Part shown: positions 18,715-28,649 of the stretch, piece after piece
Numbering within the stretch: the stretch's first letter is position 1
Layout of the letters: each line of letters starts with the position of its first letter
Assembly: GCA_964396165.1 (NCBI GenBank)
Contig: CAYNEF010000006.1
Location: 3,505 to 67,504, forward strand
DNA length: 64,000 bases
DNA from: an uncultured Pseudobdellovibrionaceae bacterium
GTDB lineage: Bacteria > Bdellovibrionota > FAC87 > UBA2466
Reading direction: 5' to 3'
Translations under genes and position numbers: made by a program
Notes under the pieces: model-generated
The model's database searches: none
The model's input: the letters and a program-made list of their open reading frames with translations, nothing else
Told to the model about the DNA's origin: nothing

Positions 18715-18885
18715 AAAAACTCCTGTTACGATTAGGTTGAGATGTAGAGTACAGGAGCATTTTAAGGTAATGATGCGACAAATATTTTAACAAGCTGAAG
18801 CTTTTATGTTTTTCGAGACATGATTAGAGATTCGGTGCCAAAGCGCTACTGATGTTTTTTTGGTAATCACCCAGCAGGAGATTTT

Positions 18886-20448
18886 TTAATGTGATGTATT
18901 TTGTAATTCGTGTTTTGTAAGGTCAGCGATTACTGCCGATTCACACACGCTTTTCTGAGTCTTGTCGATTACCACGGACTCAGCCGGGAAATCGCTGAAA
19001 GATACTTTTTCAAATTTTCCATTTCTGACATAGGCTTCGACATGACTTCCGTTTAGGGTCGTACCGACAAGCTTTGCACCATTTGTACTGTCTTCGCTTT
19101 CGAGTCTTAGTGTGAGTACTTTATAAGAGGCGGGCTTAGTTGCGTCTGCATCTTTTACTTTAATAATAAATAAACCGTACTCATCTTTACTATCATAGGC
19201 TGCAGTAAACGGCATTTCCCCTGCAGTTTTAGAAATAAGCACACCCGAGTTTTGATCCGCTGTCGAAAAATTTTTCATTCTTTCGCACGCATCGATATCC
19301 ATTCCATCTACCGCGGAAGTTGCTCTAGCAAGACCATAGTCGAGATGTTTTGTGACTTTGTCTTGGAAACTTGCAAAGTCTTTTGGAACATCAAACTTGA
19401 TTTTAAAACCTGTAATTCCGACAGGTACAGGCCTCGGCCAGAATAGATCGGCTTTTAATTTTTCTTTAAAATCTACCGTATCAATAAATTGAATCCCTGG
19501 CATTTTTGACACCATTTTTCTGCGTTCATTGATGTCAGTTCCGTACGCATTTTCTAAAAACAGGGTTTCACTGCCCGAGAAACGATGCGAAAGGCTCATT
19601 ACTATTTGTCCACCATCCGGATCTACAAGACACTTTGCCAGTTCTGCTGGGTAAAGATCGGAGGACCCGCCCAGATAGGTTTTACCGTCTAGAGTCGCAG
19701 GTTTCATTAAATAGGGATCGGATATGACCGTTCTAATCGCTTGATTCATAGTCGCATTCGTCACAGTTCCTGTTTGATTGGCAATTCGGCTGTCTGTTTG
19801 TTTGCTTAATGCAGACTCGAAACCTTCCAGCTGTTTTGCCGTATCCGGATCAGTAAAATAGATTTGTTTATAGAGCGGATCATTTCCAATTTTTTGACCA
19901 ATCTTGTCTTTTTCATACTCAAGTTCAGTTGCTAGATAAATGGAACGCAGGCCCTCTTTAGGAAAAGGCAGATTAAATTCCGTAAATCCCAAAGTTTGGG
20001 GAACGTTTAAAATATGGTGCTCATCAAAATCTTTAACCGTATTGGATTCCCGGTTAGCTTTAAGTTTGCTGAGATTATACATGGTCTTTCTGCCTTCCCA
20101 GCTATCGTCGACTTTAACGGACTTTAAAAAGTCATAAGATCTCTCAGAAAGAACGTAAGCGCGCTGTTTTTCTAACGAAGGTTCTGCTTGGATCAAGGAG
20201 GCAGGAATAGAAGAACCGCAACTGGAAATGATTAAATCAGGTTTCCAGCCTTTTTCTACGAGTCCTCGATACATCCCTAGTTGTAATCCTGCTTCAAGAC
20301 CACCACCGGGAAGGACTAAGATTTTTTTAAATTTTCCGTGCGTTTTACATCCATTGGCTACTTCAGAAGCTTGGGGTGCTTCACTGGCAAAAACTGGGAC
20401 TGCAAAAAAAAGTGTAAACGACGTTAAAAGCGCCAATGTGCATTTCAT
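18886..20448 (-). CDS. secreted patatin-like phospholipase candidate with atypical nucleophile elbow
   Basis: Start set at MKCTLALLTSFTLFFAVPVFA (AAGGA RBS). ILVLPGGGLEAGLQLG resembles the patatin oxyanion Gly-rich box, DLIISSCGSS sits where GxSxG is expected, and LDGKTYLGG is a candidate DG(G/A) Asp motif. Confidence 0.45.
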   Translation of the reverse strand: MKCTLALLTSFTLFFAVPVFASEAPQASEVANGCKTHGKFKKILVLPGGGLEAGLQLGMYRGLVEKGWKPDLIISSCGSSIPASLIQAEPSLEKQRAYVLSERSYDFLKSVKVDDSWEGRKTMYNLSKLKANRESNTVKDFDEHHILNVPQTLGFTEFNLPFPKEGLRSIYLATELEYEKDKIGQKIGNDPLYKQIYFTDPDTAKQLEGFESALSKQTDSRIANQTGTVTNATMNQAIRTVISDPYLMKPATLDGKTYLGGSSDLYPAELAKCLVDPDGGQIVMSLSHRFSGSETLFLENAYGTDINERRKMVSKMPGIQFIDTVDFKEKLKADLFWPRPVPVGITGFKIKFDVPKDFASFQDKVTKHLDYGLARATSAVDGMDIDACERMKNFSTADQNSGVLISKTAGEMPFTAAYDSKDEYGLFIIKVKDADATKPASYKVLTLRLESEDSTNGAKLVGTTLNGSHVEAYVRNGKFEKVSFSDFPAESVVIDKTQKSVCESAVIADLTKHELQNTSH

Positions 20449-20565
20449 AGTTTTTTTCCTTAGTACCAGATTAGAGTAGTCATGACTGCAGTGACACATA
20501 CTTAATTGGCAGGAAGTTAATACCAATAGTGGTCGTATACTGAGTAAATACGGTGCTTCGATTTA

Positions 20566-21429
20566 CTAGATTTTCTTTTTTTGGGTGCCTAGATAGATGG
20601 CAGAGAGGGTGAGAAGCGCTCCACATATTTGCAATGTGCTTAAATGCTCATTCAAAATCAGATTGCCGGCAATTACCGCAACGACAGGTTGTGCGTTGAT
20701 GATAAGCCCCGCGCGAGATACCGGCACAAGACGCAGATTCTTGGTGATAAGAAGCCAACCCATTACTTGGGCTACAAAGGCGAGAGAAAAGAGTAGCGGC
20801 CATTCGTTACCCACTGGTAATCTGAAAGTCCCTTCCATTAAGGACGCAATAAACAGACAAAGAGATGCAATAAGAGAAACCATCATTAAAACTTGTTCTC
20901 TGGGAACTGTCTGGCTGAAACTCTCAAGCTTTCTCATGGTAAGAATATAACTAGCGTAGACCACGCCAGTAATTAGTCCGTAGGTCACGCCCAAAGCAAA
21001 CTCCGGTTTTACTTCCGTGGGAAGGCGATAATTAACAAGAAGATAAATACCAAAAAATGCCATCACAATAGCAGCTATAAAGGAAATCGAAATTTTTTCT
21101 TTGTGAAAGTAGATACCCACTAGTGCCACATACAAGACCTGTGTATTGCCAAGGATGGTTCCGAGACCTGCACCTGCGAAAATGACAGATCGATGCCATA
21201 CAAAAAGATCTAGTCCAAATAAAAATCCAGCGAGCAAAACAAATTTCCATAATTCTTTGGTCCACTGAAGTGGTTGAAAGGGTTTTTTAAGGTATTGGAT
21301 GTAGGCTACAAGGAGAAGGGCAGCGAACCCGCAACGGTATGCACCGATTAAAGAAGGCCCGAGGAAAAGAACACGTACGAATATGGGAGCAAAGCCAATG
21401 CAAACAGCCCCCAAGAAAAGTTTGAACAC
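20566..21429 (-). CDS. EamA/DMT-superfamily transporter
   Basis: 287 aa, about 10 TM helices in two similar halves; GTG start. Confidence 0.7.
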   Translation of the reverse strand: MFKLFLGAVCIGFAPIFVRVLFLGPSLIGAYRCGFAALLLVAYIQYLKKPFQPLQWTKELWKFVLLAGFLFGLDLFVWHRSVIFAGAGLGTILGNTQVLYVALVGIYFHKEKISISFIAAIVMAFFGIYLLVNYRLPTEVKPEFALGVTYGLITGVVYASYILTMRKLESFSQTVPREQVLMMVSLIASLCLFIASLMEGTFRLPVGNEWPLLFSLAFVAQVMGWLLITKNLRLVPVSRAGLIINAQPVVAVIAGNLILNEHLSTLQICGALLTLSAIYLGTQKKKI

Positions 21430-22797
21430 TTATTTCAGCTCTCTTAATTGATTGTGTGCGTGGTAAGCCGCAACTTTGTATGCTTCAGCAAGAGTCGGGT
21501 AGTTAAAAACATTAGCCACAAAAAAATCAATTGTAGCACCGAGTGACATCGCAACCTGTCCGATATGGACAAGTTCAGTCGCATGTGTGCCAATGATATG
21601 TACTCCCAAAATTTTTCGAGTCGTGCAATCGACAAGCAATTTAAGAAAACCACTTTCGTCTTCTAGTATTTTACCGCGCGCCAGTTCCTTGTAACGTGCT
21701 TTACCGGAAACGAATTTAATTTGTTTGGTATTTAATTCTTCTTCATGCAAGCCGACTGAAGAAATTTCCGGAATAGTGTAAATTCCATACGGAAATGTTT
21801 CTGGAAACGTCGTTGTTTCCAAACCGAATGCATGAGCTGAGGCAAGTCTTCCTTGTTCACTCGACGAAGCCGCCAGCGCCGGAAATCCTATCAAATCCCC
21901 CACTGCGTAAATGTGAGGGATATTAGTCTGGTAATGCGCATTCACTTTTAGGGTATTGCCTTTTTCTGGAGAAATTCCCACTTTCGGAAGATTTAAGTCT
22001 TCTATGTTTCCGTCTCTACCCATGCAGTAAAGTACAGAGCTAAATCTTTCTGTTTTATCACCCAGTTCGATGGCTACTTTGTCGCCTTCAAGCGAAACTT
22101 TTCCTAATGTAATGCCGAGACGCACAGAAATATTATTTTCGTCGAAATGTTTTGCAAGAAGTCCGACGATCTCCTGATCCACAGATCTCAATAGACAATT
22201 TCTGCGATCCAGTAGTGTTACTTTCACTCCCAGTTTTGCAAATATACTTGCGTATTCGCAACCGATGACTCCAGCGCCCAAAACGGCCATCGTGTCGGGG
22301 AGTTTGTTCATCGATAGAACAGAATCACTGTTAAAAACATTTTTATCATTAAAGGGTATGTGAGGCGGGCAGACTGGTCTGCTTCCCGTTGCGAGAATGA
22401 TGAAATCGGCTTCGGTATCTTCCACTTTAGAAGTTGTTTTAATTGCAATTTTTTTTGAGGATAAGAATGAAGCTGTGCCTTGGATAAACTGCACAGAGTT
22501 TCTCTCCATCTGCATTCCAATCACTTCTTGCTCTTGCTCGATGATGAGATTTTTTTGCGCCATTACCCGAGTAAGCGTATTGGGGCCTGAGTCCTGGTAA
22601 ATTGACGCGGCTTCACGTAAGGTTTTGCTGGGAATGGTACCGGTATGAAGGCAGGAACCGCCCATATGGTCTTTTTCCACGACTAAAACAGATTTTTTTA
22701 GCTTTGCTGCCTGGATAGCGGCTCTTTGGCCACCGGGACCCGAGCCGATTACTATCAAATCGTACTTTTTTTTCAGTTCTATAGGGGCTTTTGCCAT
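21430..22797 (-). CDS. sthA: soluble pyridine nucleotide transhydrogenase (flavoprotein disulfide-reductase fold)
   Basis: 455 aa; YDLIVIGSGPGG FAD site; GGSCLHTGTIPSK has a single Cys as in SthA rather than the CxxxxC of Lpd; second GAGVIGCEYA dinucleotide site. Confidence 0.75.
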   Translation of the reverse strand: MAKAPIELKKKYDLIVIGSGPGGQRAAIQAAKLKKSVLVVEKDHMGGSCLHTGTIPSKTLREAASIYQDSGPNTLTRVMAQKNLIIEQEQEVIGMQMERNSVQFIQGTASFLSSKKIAIKTTSKVEDTEADFIILATGSRPVCPPHIPFNDKNVFNSDSVLSMNKLPDTMAVLGAGVIGCEYASIFAKLGVKVTLLDRRNCLLRSVDQEIVGLLAKHFDENNISVRLGITLGKVSLEGDKVAIELGDKTERFSSVLYCMGRDGNIEDLNLPKVGISPEKGNTLKVNAHYQTNIPHIYAVGDLIGFPALAASSSEQGRLASAHAFGLETTTFPETFPYGIYTIPEISSVGLHEEELNTKQIKFVSGKARYKELARGKILEDESGFLKLLVDCTTRKILGVHIIGTHATELVHIGQVAMSLGATIDFFVANVFNYPTLAEAYKVAAYHAHNQLRELK

Positions 22798-22804
22798 TGA
22801 TGTA

Positions 22805-23170
22805 CTATTTTACATCAAAGAATTTCTTCCAGTCTTCTTTTTTATATCCCACGATTCCGCGGTCTCCATGAAACGCGAAAGGGCGTTTTACCAGTTTTCC
22901 ATTCTTAGAGAGCAGTGTGAGGGCTTCGTCTTCGGTCATTGTGGGAAGTTTGTCTTTTAATTTCATCTCTTCAAAGACATGTCCATGCGTATTAAAAAGG
23001 GCTTTGATATTTCCATTTAAATAACCGAGCATCTTTTTTAATTCGGCTTTGGTAGGAGGATTCGTAAAAATATTGATTTTTTCTACTGCGTAGCGGTTAT
23101 GTACCAAAAATTTCAATGCGTCTTTGCAAGTACTGCATTGTGGGTATTCGTATAATTTAACAACTGGCAT
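22805..23170 (-). CDS. ArsC/Spx-family thioredoxin-fold protein (YffB-like)
   Basis: Start set at MPVVKLYEYPQCSTCKDALKFL (GGAGAG RBS 5 nt upstream); LVKRPF motif; 14-nt overlap with the upstream MutH-like gene. Confidence 0.7.
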   Translation of the reverse strand: MPVVKLYEYPQCSTCKDALKFLVHNRYAVEKINIFTNPPTKAELKKMLGYLNGNIKALFNTHGHVFEEMKLKDKLPTMTEDEALTLLSKNGKLVKRPFAFHGDRGIVGYKKEDWKKFFDVK

Positions 23171-23828
23171 AAGTCTCTCCAAATAGGATTTTCGAAATAA
23201 AGCGTTTGGTAACATAAAAAGCACGCGCTGGGAATTTGTTCCCTGTAATTGGGCAAGTGCTAAAGTGTTTTCCGTCTCCGGTGGGGCGTAACTGTATGTA
23301 GTCGTCTGATCTGCCTACGTCATGGTACATCGATAGTTCGCCGCTGATTAAAATGTGTTGTATGTCCTGCCAAAAATCTTTGATGGGATTGAGCAATTCG
23401 GGACAGTTTAAATCCAATGCACGTACGGTAACTGCTTTGCAAATACTTTCAGATTCGTGGTGGCATCCGACGAAAATCAGACGGGTTAATTTGTTCCAAA
23501 GTGCAGATGTTTCAAAAGTTTCTTCAAGCATCTGAGTGGGATTTAGCATCGTGACTTTGATTGTTTCTTTGGGAACCCAGATAGAGTCTTTTAAGACAAG
23601 GCTAGTAGACTTTAATTCAAAGTCCTCCCCATCGCTTTTTTGCGCATTCGAAAGCTCAAGTTCTGCTACTTTTTCCAGCGTCTGTCCGACCCAGCCTTTA
23701 TTGAGCTTGCCGTTTTTTTCAACCGTGATGGCGTGGATTTTCGCTAAATCATACAGATTTTTACCAGGCAGGATGGTCTGAAGTGTATGTAGGGAATCTG
23801 CTCGTAACATGGATTTTAGGATTAACAT
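23157..23828 (-). CDS. MutH/Sau3AI-family endonuclease-like protein
   Basis: 223 aa; NKGWVGQTLEKV, DFELKST, IQLRPTG and ARAFYVTKRFISKIL align by eye with E. coli MutH DKGWIGVLLE, DF..GVELKT, LQIRPKA and PRGFYLKKNFTSALL. Confidence 0.6.
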   Translation of the reverse strand: MLILKSMLRADSLHTLQTILPGKNLYDLAKIHAITVEKNGKLNKGWVGQTLEKVAELELSNAQKSDGEDFELKSTSLVLKDSIWVPKETIKVTMLNPTQMLEETFETSALWNKLTRLIFVGCHHESESICKAVTVRALDLNCPELLNPIKDFWQDIQHILISGELSMYHDVGRSDDYIQLRPTGDGKHFSTCPITGNKFPARAFYVTKRFISKILFGETYASC

Positions 23829-23881
23829 GAAAGACTTGAAAAGCGTACCCCGATGGGAGAAAAACTAAGTAAGAGGTATCT

Positions 23882-25024
23882 ATGTCGACAGCCCATCCAT
23901 TTCCCGACCTTTTTTCCATCGATTCGATGCTGACTAATGATCAGAAGCAGGTGCGCGAGGCTGTGAGAAACTTTGTGCAAAAGGAGATGGAGCCTCGTGT
24001 ACAGAAAGCCTGGAGAACCGAGACTTTTCCAGTCGAATTAATTCCCAAAATTGCGGCGTTGGGGCTTTTGGGCGGTGATTTAGACGCAATTAGTTATGGG
24101 CTCGCAATGAAAGAACTCGAAAGATGCGACTCCGGTTTTCGCAGTTTTGCTTCAGTGCAAAGTTCCCTTGTGATGTACCCCATTAAAACATTTGGGTCCG
24201 AAAAACAAAAAAATGAATGGTTGCCACAACTGGGTAATGGGACGGCGATTGGTTGTTTCGGTTTGACCGAATCGGACGGAGGCTCTGACCCGTCAGCCAT
24301 GCGAACCCGCGCAGAAAAGAAAAACGGAAAATGGATTTTAAACGGTTCAAAAACATGGATCACAAACGGCAATCTTGCTGCAGTGGCCGTGGTTTGGGCA
24401 AAGACCGATGATGGCATCCGCGGATTTTTAGTTCCGACAAATTCAAAAGGTTTTATGGCAAAAAAAATGGAAGGAAAAATTTCGCTTAGAGCTTCTGTTA
24501 CCTCAGAACTCTATTTTGATAATGTAGAGCTTTCTGAAGATTCGATTCTTCCCAAATCGGAAGGGATAAAATCCGCACTCCAGTGTTTAAACCAGGCCAG
24601 ATATGGCATTTCGTGGGGAGTGTTGGGTGCCGCAGAGGCGTGTTATGACGAAGCAGTTAACTTTGCAAAATCCCGCATTCTTTTTGGTAAGGCTTTAGTC
24701 CACAAACAACTTGTGCAAAGAAAACTCGCAATAATGCTTTCTAAAATCACGCAAGGCCAACTTCTTGCTTTAAGACTAGGGCAATTAAAAAATGAGGGTA
24801 AGTTGCAGCATTACCATGTCAGTCTTGCCAAACAATCTAACGTTGAAGCCTCACTTGAAATCGCAAGGATGGCGCGCGATATCTTGGGCGCAAACGGAAT
24901 CATGGATGAATACAAATCTATGCGCCATATGTGTAATCTTGAAACGGTTTACACCTATGAAGGTACAAACGACATTCATTTGCTTGTCTTAGGCAAAGAA
25001 ATTACGGATGTTGCCGCTTTTTAA
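23882..25024 (+). CDS. gcdH: glutaryl-CoA dehydrogenase-like acyl-CoA dehydrogenase
   Basis: 380 aa; GCFGLTESDGGSDPSAMRTRAEK...GSKTWITNG...VVWAKTDDGIRGF and C-terminal YEGTNDIH. Confidence 0.8.
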   Translation: MSTAHPFPDLFSIDSMLTNDQKQVREAVRNFVQKEMEPRVQKAWRTETFPVELIPKIAALGLLGGDLDAISYGLAMKELERCDSGFRSFASVQSSLVMYPIKTFGSEKQKNEWLPQLGNGTAIGCFGLTESDGGSDPSAMRTRAEKKNGKWILNGSKTWITNGNLAAVAVVWAKTDDGIRGFLVPTNSKGFMAKKMEGKISLRASVTSELYFDNVELSEDSILPKSEGIKSALQCLNQARYGISWGVLGAAEACYDEAVNFAKSRILFGKALVHKQLVQRKLAIMLSKITQGQLLALRLGQLKNEGKLQHYHVSLAKQSNVEASLEIARMARDILGANGIMDEYKSMRHMCNLETVYTYEGTNDIHLLVLGKEITDVAAF

Positions 25025-25364
25025 GAAAATCTAAAAGCTCACTCCCATAATCTTCCATCCGTTTTTCTTTAATACCGTTGATTTTTAACATCTCGTCTAA
25101 TGACTGCGGATTTTTTGTCGCAAGATGTAGAAGCGTGCGGTTGTTAAAGATCCGGTAGGAGGGTATGCCGCGTGTACGCGCTAAGTTTTTTCGCCACAGT
25201 TGAAGTTCGTTCACACGATCTTGAACTTCGTCTGGCAAAAAATCCAACTGGCGCAAGTCTTTTGCGACTTTAGGCACGACTGGCATTTTCCTTTCCCCAT
25301 GTACGACGGAAACGAGGTTATCGACGTTTCTTCTTACTCTTTTTTCAAACCAAGAAATAATCAT
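25002..25364 (-). CDS. stand-alone HRDC-domain protein
   Basis: 120 aa; RGIPSYRIFNNRTLLHLATKNPQSLDEMLKINGI matches the HRDC helix pattern; 23-nt convergent overlap with gcdH. Confidence 0.55.
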   Translation of the reverse strand: MIISWFEKRVRRNVDNLVSVVHGERKMPVVPKVAKDLRQLDFLPDEVQDRVNELQLWRKNLARTRGIPSYRIFNNRTLLHLATKNPQSLDEMLKINGIKEKRMEDYGSELLDFLKKRQHP

Positions 25365-25415
25365 GAGTGGCTAGGTAGTGCGTAATCTTTGAACTTGCAA
25401 GAATAGGAGGGGAGC

Positions 25416-26375
25416 ATGAATAAAACATTGAAATCTCAATTGAAAACGGAATTTGCTGGATTAATTATTGTCTTTTCTTTACATTGCGCCATCTCCAAGA
25501 CCGAAAGGGCCCCCAAAATGAAAAGCTTTTTAAGTATTTTAGTGTGTCTTCTGTTAGTGAGTGCTTGCGGCCAATCCATCAAGCAAGATTTAAATACTGA
25601 ACCTGCAAACAGAAACATAATTGATGGGCAAAAAATCTTTTCAATGAATGCAAAAGATTTTGGCCCTCTATTGAAGCTAACCTTTAGCGGAAATGACAAT
25701 TACACTTATTCCTGCTCAGCTGTACACATTGGCCATGGTTGGATACTGACGGCAAACCATTGTATCGCAATGCCTATCGCACGCTATGGCGGTATGCCTT
25801 ACATCACCGTAAATCAATACGCGCGTCGCTCGACAATCGGGCCTATTTCAGGACAAAATTATAAAGCCTACTCCCCCAAAGCAACGTCTAAGAGAGTGTT
25901 ATCTGAAGAGGGGGTTTTCTATAATCTTCAGAACCCGGATTTAACGGCTATAAAATTGGATGCGCAATTTTCTAACCAAATTGCCCTTAATCCCAAGGTA
26001 ATTATTCCGACAGAAGAGTTGAAAAAAGAAGAAGAATCAAAACTTCATATCGCAGGTTTTGGCGAAACATACCCACATAGAAAAGACTATGGAGTACTGA
26101 ATGTGGCTCTTGCCTATCTTTGGTTCAGTACAGACGATTTTTTTCAGCTGACGCAGCTGGACTCAAATAATAAGCATTATGCAGCAGCACTGCCAGGAGA
26201 TTCGGGCGGCCCTCTTTTTACAAGAAACGCGAAGAACGAAATCGTCCTCTACGGCATTTTTTCTACGTACAACACGATGGTTGTGGGCGGTAAACCCTCT
26301 ACGGATAATTCCTATACACGTACAGAAAAAGGTGCTGGTGCTGCTTGGTTGAAACTTTTAATGGAAAGAATCTAG
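25416..26375 (+). CDS. secreted trypsin-like (S1) serine protease
   Basis: Triad contexts LTANHC (His), DLTAIKLD (Asp), GDSGGPLF (Ser). A strong AGGAGG RBS precedes 25416; the internal ATG 25518 (MKSFLSILVCLLLVSACGQ, lipobox) is an alternative start. Confidence 0.8.
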   Translation: MNKTLKSQLKTEFAGLIIVFSLHCAISKTERAPKMKSFLSILVCLLLVSACGQSIKQDLNTEPANRNIIDGQKIFSMNAKDFGPLLKLTFSGNDNYTYSCSAVHIGHGWILTANHCIAMPIARYGGMPYITVNQYARRSTIGPISGQNYKAYSPKATSKRVLSEEGVFYNLQNPDLTAIKLDAQFSNQIALNPKVIIPTEELKKEEESKLHIAGFGETYPHRKDYGVLNVALAYLWFSTDDFFQLTQLDSNNKHYAAALPGDSGGPLFTRNAKNEIVLYGIFSTYNTMVVGGKPSTDNSYTRTEKGAGAAWLKLLMERI

Positions 26376-26432
26376 TAAAATTATTTGTCGCAAAGTAGTT
26401 TGCGTGCGGCAAAGTAAAGCCGTACCTTTGCC

Positions 26433-27404
26433 CTACTGGTTTGCAAATTTGTCTGTGGCAGAGACAAGCGCTTTTGAAATTCCATGCTCAAATGCGGAGT
26501 GGCCTGCATCAGGTACTAATACAAATTCCGCCTCAGGCCACTTACGGTGCAGAGCCCAGGCGCTATCCATCGGACAGACGACATCGTAGCGTCCTTGCAC
26601 AATCACTGCGGGGATATTTTTTAGCTTGATCGCATCTTGTAGTAACTGATCATCCGTTTTTAAAAAGCCTTTGTTGATAAAATAGTGGCATTCGATCCTC
26701 GCAAAGGCTAGTGCGAACTCATCTTCTCCGTAATGCTCTACAAAAGAGAGATCAGGCAAAAGCTTGCTGGTAGATCCTTCCCAAACACTCCACGCACGCG
26801 CAGCATCCGTCTGTACTTTTTTATCAGGGCTTGTCAGGCGCTTGTAGTACGCTTTTACAAAGTCATTTCGTTCTTCGACAGGAATGGCGTTTTTATATTC
26901 TTCCCATGCGTCGGGATAAATAAAGTCACAGCCGCCCTGGTAGAACCAATCGATTTCTTTTTTTCGAAGCAGAAATATTCCGCGTAAGACTAACTCAGTG
27001 ACTACTTCGGGGTGCGTTTCGGCATAGGCTAGCGCAAGCGTGCTTCCCCACGAACCACCAAAAACCTGCCACTTACTAATAGAGAGATGCTTTCTTAATT
27101 TCTCCATGTCTTCTACTAGGTGCCAAGTCGTATTTTCTTCTAACGATGCGTACGGAGTGCTTTGCCCGCAACCTCGCTGATCAAATAAAATGATACGGTA
27201 TTTATCCGGATTAAAAAAACGGCGCATTTTAGGTTCGGTACCGCCCCCAGGACCTCCGTGCACAAATACGGCAGGTTTTCCTTTAGGGTTACCTGATTCT
27301 TCATAGTAAATTTCATGAAGGGAGGAAACTTTGAGTCTTCCTGTGTTGTAAGGTTTGGGTTCTGGATACAGCCAACTTTGTGGATCTTTTTGTAAGTCTA
27401 ACAT
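26433..27404 (-). CDS. pip: proline iminopeptidase (S33)
   Basis: 323 aa; HGGPGGG, GGSWGSTLAL nucleophile elbow, C-terminal GHSAFE. Confidence 0.9.
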   Translation of the reverse strand: MLDLQKDPQSWLYPEPKPYNTGRLKVSSLHEIYYEESGNPKGKPAVFVHGGPGGGTEPKMRRFFNPDKYRIILFDQRGCGQSTPYASLEENTTWHLVEDMEKLRKHLSISKWQVFGGSWGSTLALAYAETHPEVVTELVLRGIFLLRKKEIDWFYQGGCDFIYPDAWEEYKNAIPVEERNDFVKAYYKRLTSPDKKVQTDAARAWSVWEGSTSKLLPDLSFVEHYGEDEFALAFARIECHYFINKGFLKTDDQLLQDAIKLKNIPAVIVQGRYDVVCPMDSAWALHRKWPEAEFVLVPDAGHSAFEHGISKALVSATDKFANQ

Positions 27405-27410
27405 GCGTAA

Positions 27411-27890
27411 TTACTCCGATCTTATTTCAGAATGCCGTATTTGTCCGCCCTTAAAAGCCGTATAAGAAAGCGAGAGAGTGCAAGATACCGCAAAAGCGAG
27501 CAGCACTTTCATGAGCAATGGTTTTGGAATTTTCAGTTTGTCAGTGAAAAATAAAATTACGATTGAAATAATTCCGCAAATAATCGAAAGAACCAGTGAC
27601 ACCAAACCAGCTTCCTCGTGTGGTTCGATGAGTTTCTCTACTCCTGGCAGCATACTGACTGCATCTTCTGCCGGCTCTCCCGTTAAATAAACGGGGATAG
27701 CAATGAGTGCTACAAATATAAATAGGCTTAGTCCCAGTTTGATTATTTTTTCGTCTTTTGTAACGAGCCCGACTATATAAACCAGAAGGGTGAAGGGAAT
27801 TCCTACTACGGGTAAATGGTTTAAGAAAAGATGTACGTGTGTGAAGTCAATCATGGTTGAATAGACTACTCCTTCACTGGCAGTTTTCAA
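27411..27890 (-). CDS. small polytopic membrane protein (about 4 TM)
   Basis: Hydrophobic helices throughout; start may be the internal MIDFTHVHLF (27854). Confidence 0.5.
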   Translation of the reverse strand: MKTASEGVVYSTMIDFTHVHLFLNHLPVVGIPFTLLVYIVGLVTKDEKIIKLGLSLFIFVALIAIPVYLTGEPAEDAVSMLPGVEKLIEPHEEAGLVSLVLSIICGIISIVILFFTDKLKIPKPLLMKVLLAFAVSCTLSLSYTAFKGGQIRHSEIRSE

Positions 27891-28007
27891 CTAGATAGAA
27901 ACATATTTCGCTGTGCGTAACGCTTAATTTCGCGCAAACAATATGGAGAGTTACGCATAATCTGCTCTTTACTTAATTTCTCAGGAAACGTTGCCGAATT
28001 GTAATAC

Positions 28008-28649
28008 ATGAATACAAAAATCTTATCCGTAATTACATTGGCATTAACCCTTTTTACAAGCGAAGTTTTCGCTTCTGATGTGTCTTCCATGGTGCAAGAC
28101 GAACTGCAAAAAACGCAGAGCGAAGTCAGCAAATCGCTCAGTGCTGCCACTTCCAAGCTTGCAGAATTAAGAGCGCAAAAAGAAAAAGCGCTTTCTGACT
28201 CCAAGAAAAAAGGGGAAGAAGAAGTAAAAGGCAAAAGTTTGATGGAAAAATATGCCACACTTCTTGTAGCTCGTTATAGAAACGACAAAAACGAATTTGA
28301 AGTCGGAATGGTTATTTCTGAAAAAGATCAGGAAAACGTGAATAAACTTTTTCAAACTTACCTTTCATCCCAACCGTTAAACGGCCCTACAAGTGCTGGG
28401 GAAGCAAAGCGCGTTCTTGAAATCGGGTCCAGAAACTTAGGCGAAGTGGCAAAACTTCACTTAAGTCCAAGTGAAAAAAATAATTCCCAACTAGAAATTT
28501 TGGAATACCAAGTTCAAAACGCAGAACAAAGCTTGAAAAGAGCTAACGAACTTGCAAGTACATTGGGTGTAAACTCTGGCAGAACACCAGCATCTGAAGT
28601 TCCGCCTTCTTCAGAAAAACCAGGCAAAAACACTTCTGCAAAAAGATAG
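28008..28649 (+). CDS. secreted K/E-rich coiled-coil-like protein
   Basis: 213 aa; signal peptide MNTKILSVITLALTLFTSEVFA; no motif. Confidence 0.55.
   Translation: MNTKILSVITLALTLFTSEVFASDVSSMVQDELQKTQSEVSKSLSAATSKLAELRAQKEKALSDSKKKGEEEVKGKSLMEKYATLLVARYRNDKNEFEVGMVISEKDQENVNKLFQTYLSSQPLNGPTSAGEAKRVLEIGSRNLGEVAKLHLSPSEKNNSQLEILEYQVQNAEQSLKRANELASTLGVNSGRTPASEVPPSSEKPGKNTSAKR

Noticed and set aside
17109-20565. Possible genomic island integrated at tRNA-Gln
   Set aside because: I saw no integrase gene, no direct repeat of the tRNA 3' end downstream, and no obvious compositional break. The three adjacent genes are treated simply as accessory-looking secreted proteins.
26408-26432. Hairpin GGCAAAG-N11-CTTTGCC between the convergent protease and pip genes, a possible terminator
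   Set aside because: The stem is only 7 bp, the loop is long, and there is no flanking T-run or A-run. Confidence is too low to list as a feature.
27887-28258. 123-aa minus-strand ORF overlapping the 28008-28649 secreted-protein gene
   Set aside because: The plus-strand ORF has a proper signal peptide and is longer. The minus-strand ORF is its S/F/L-rich mirror frame.
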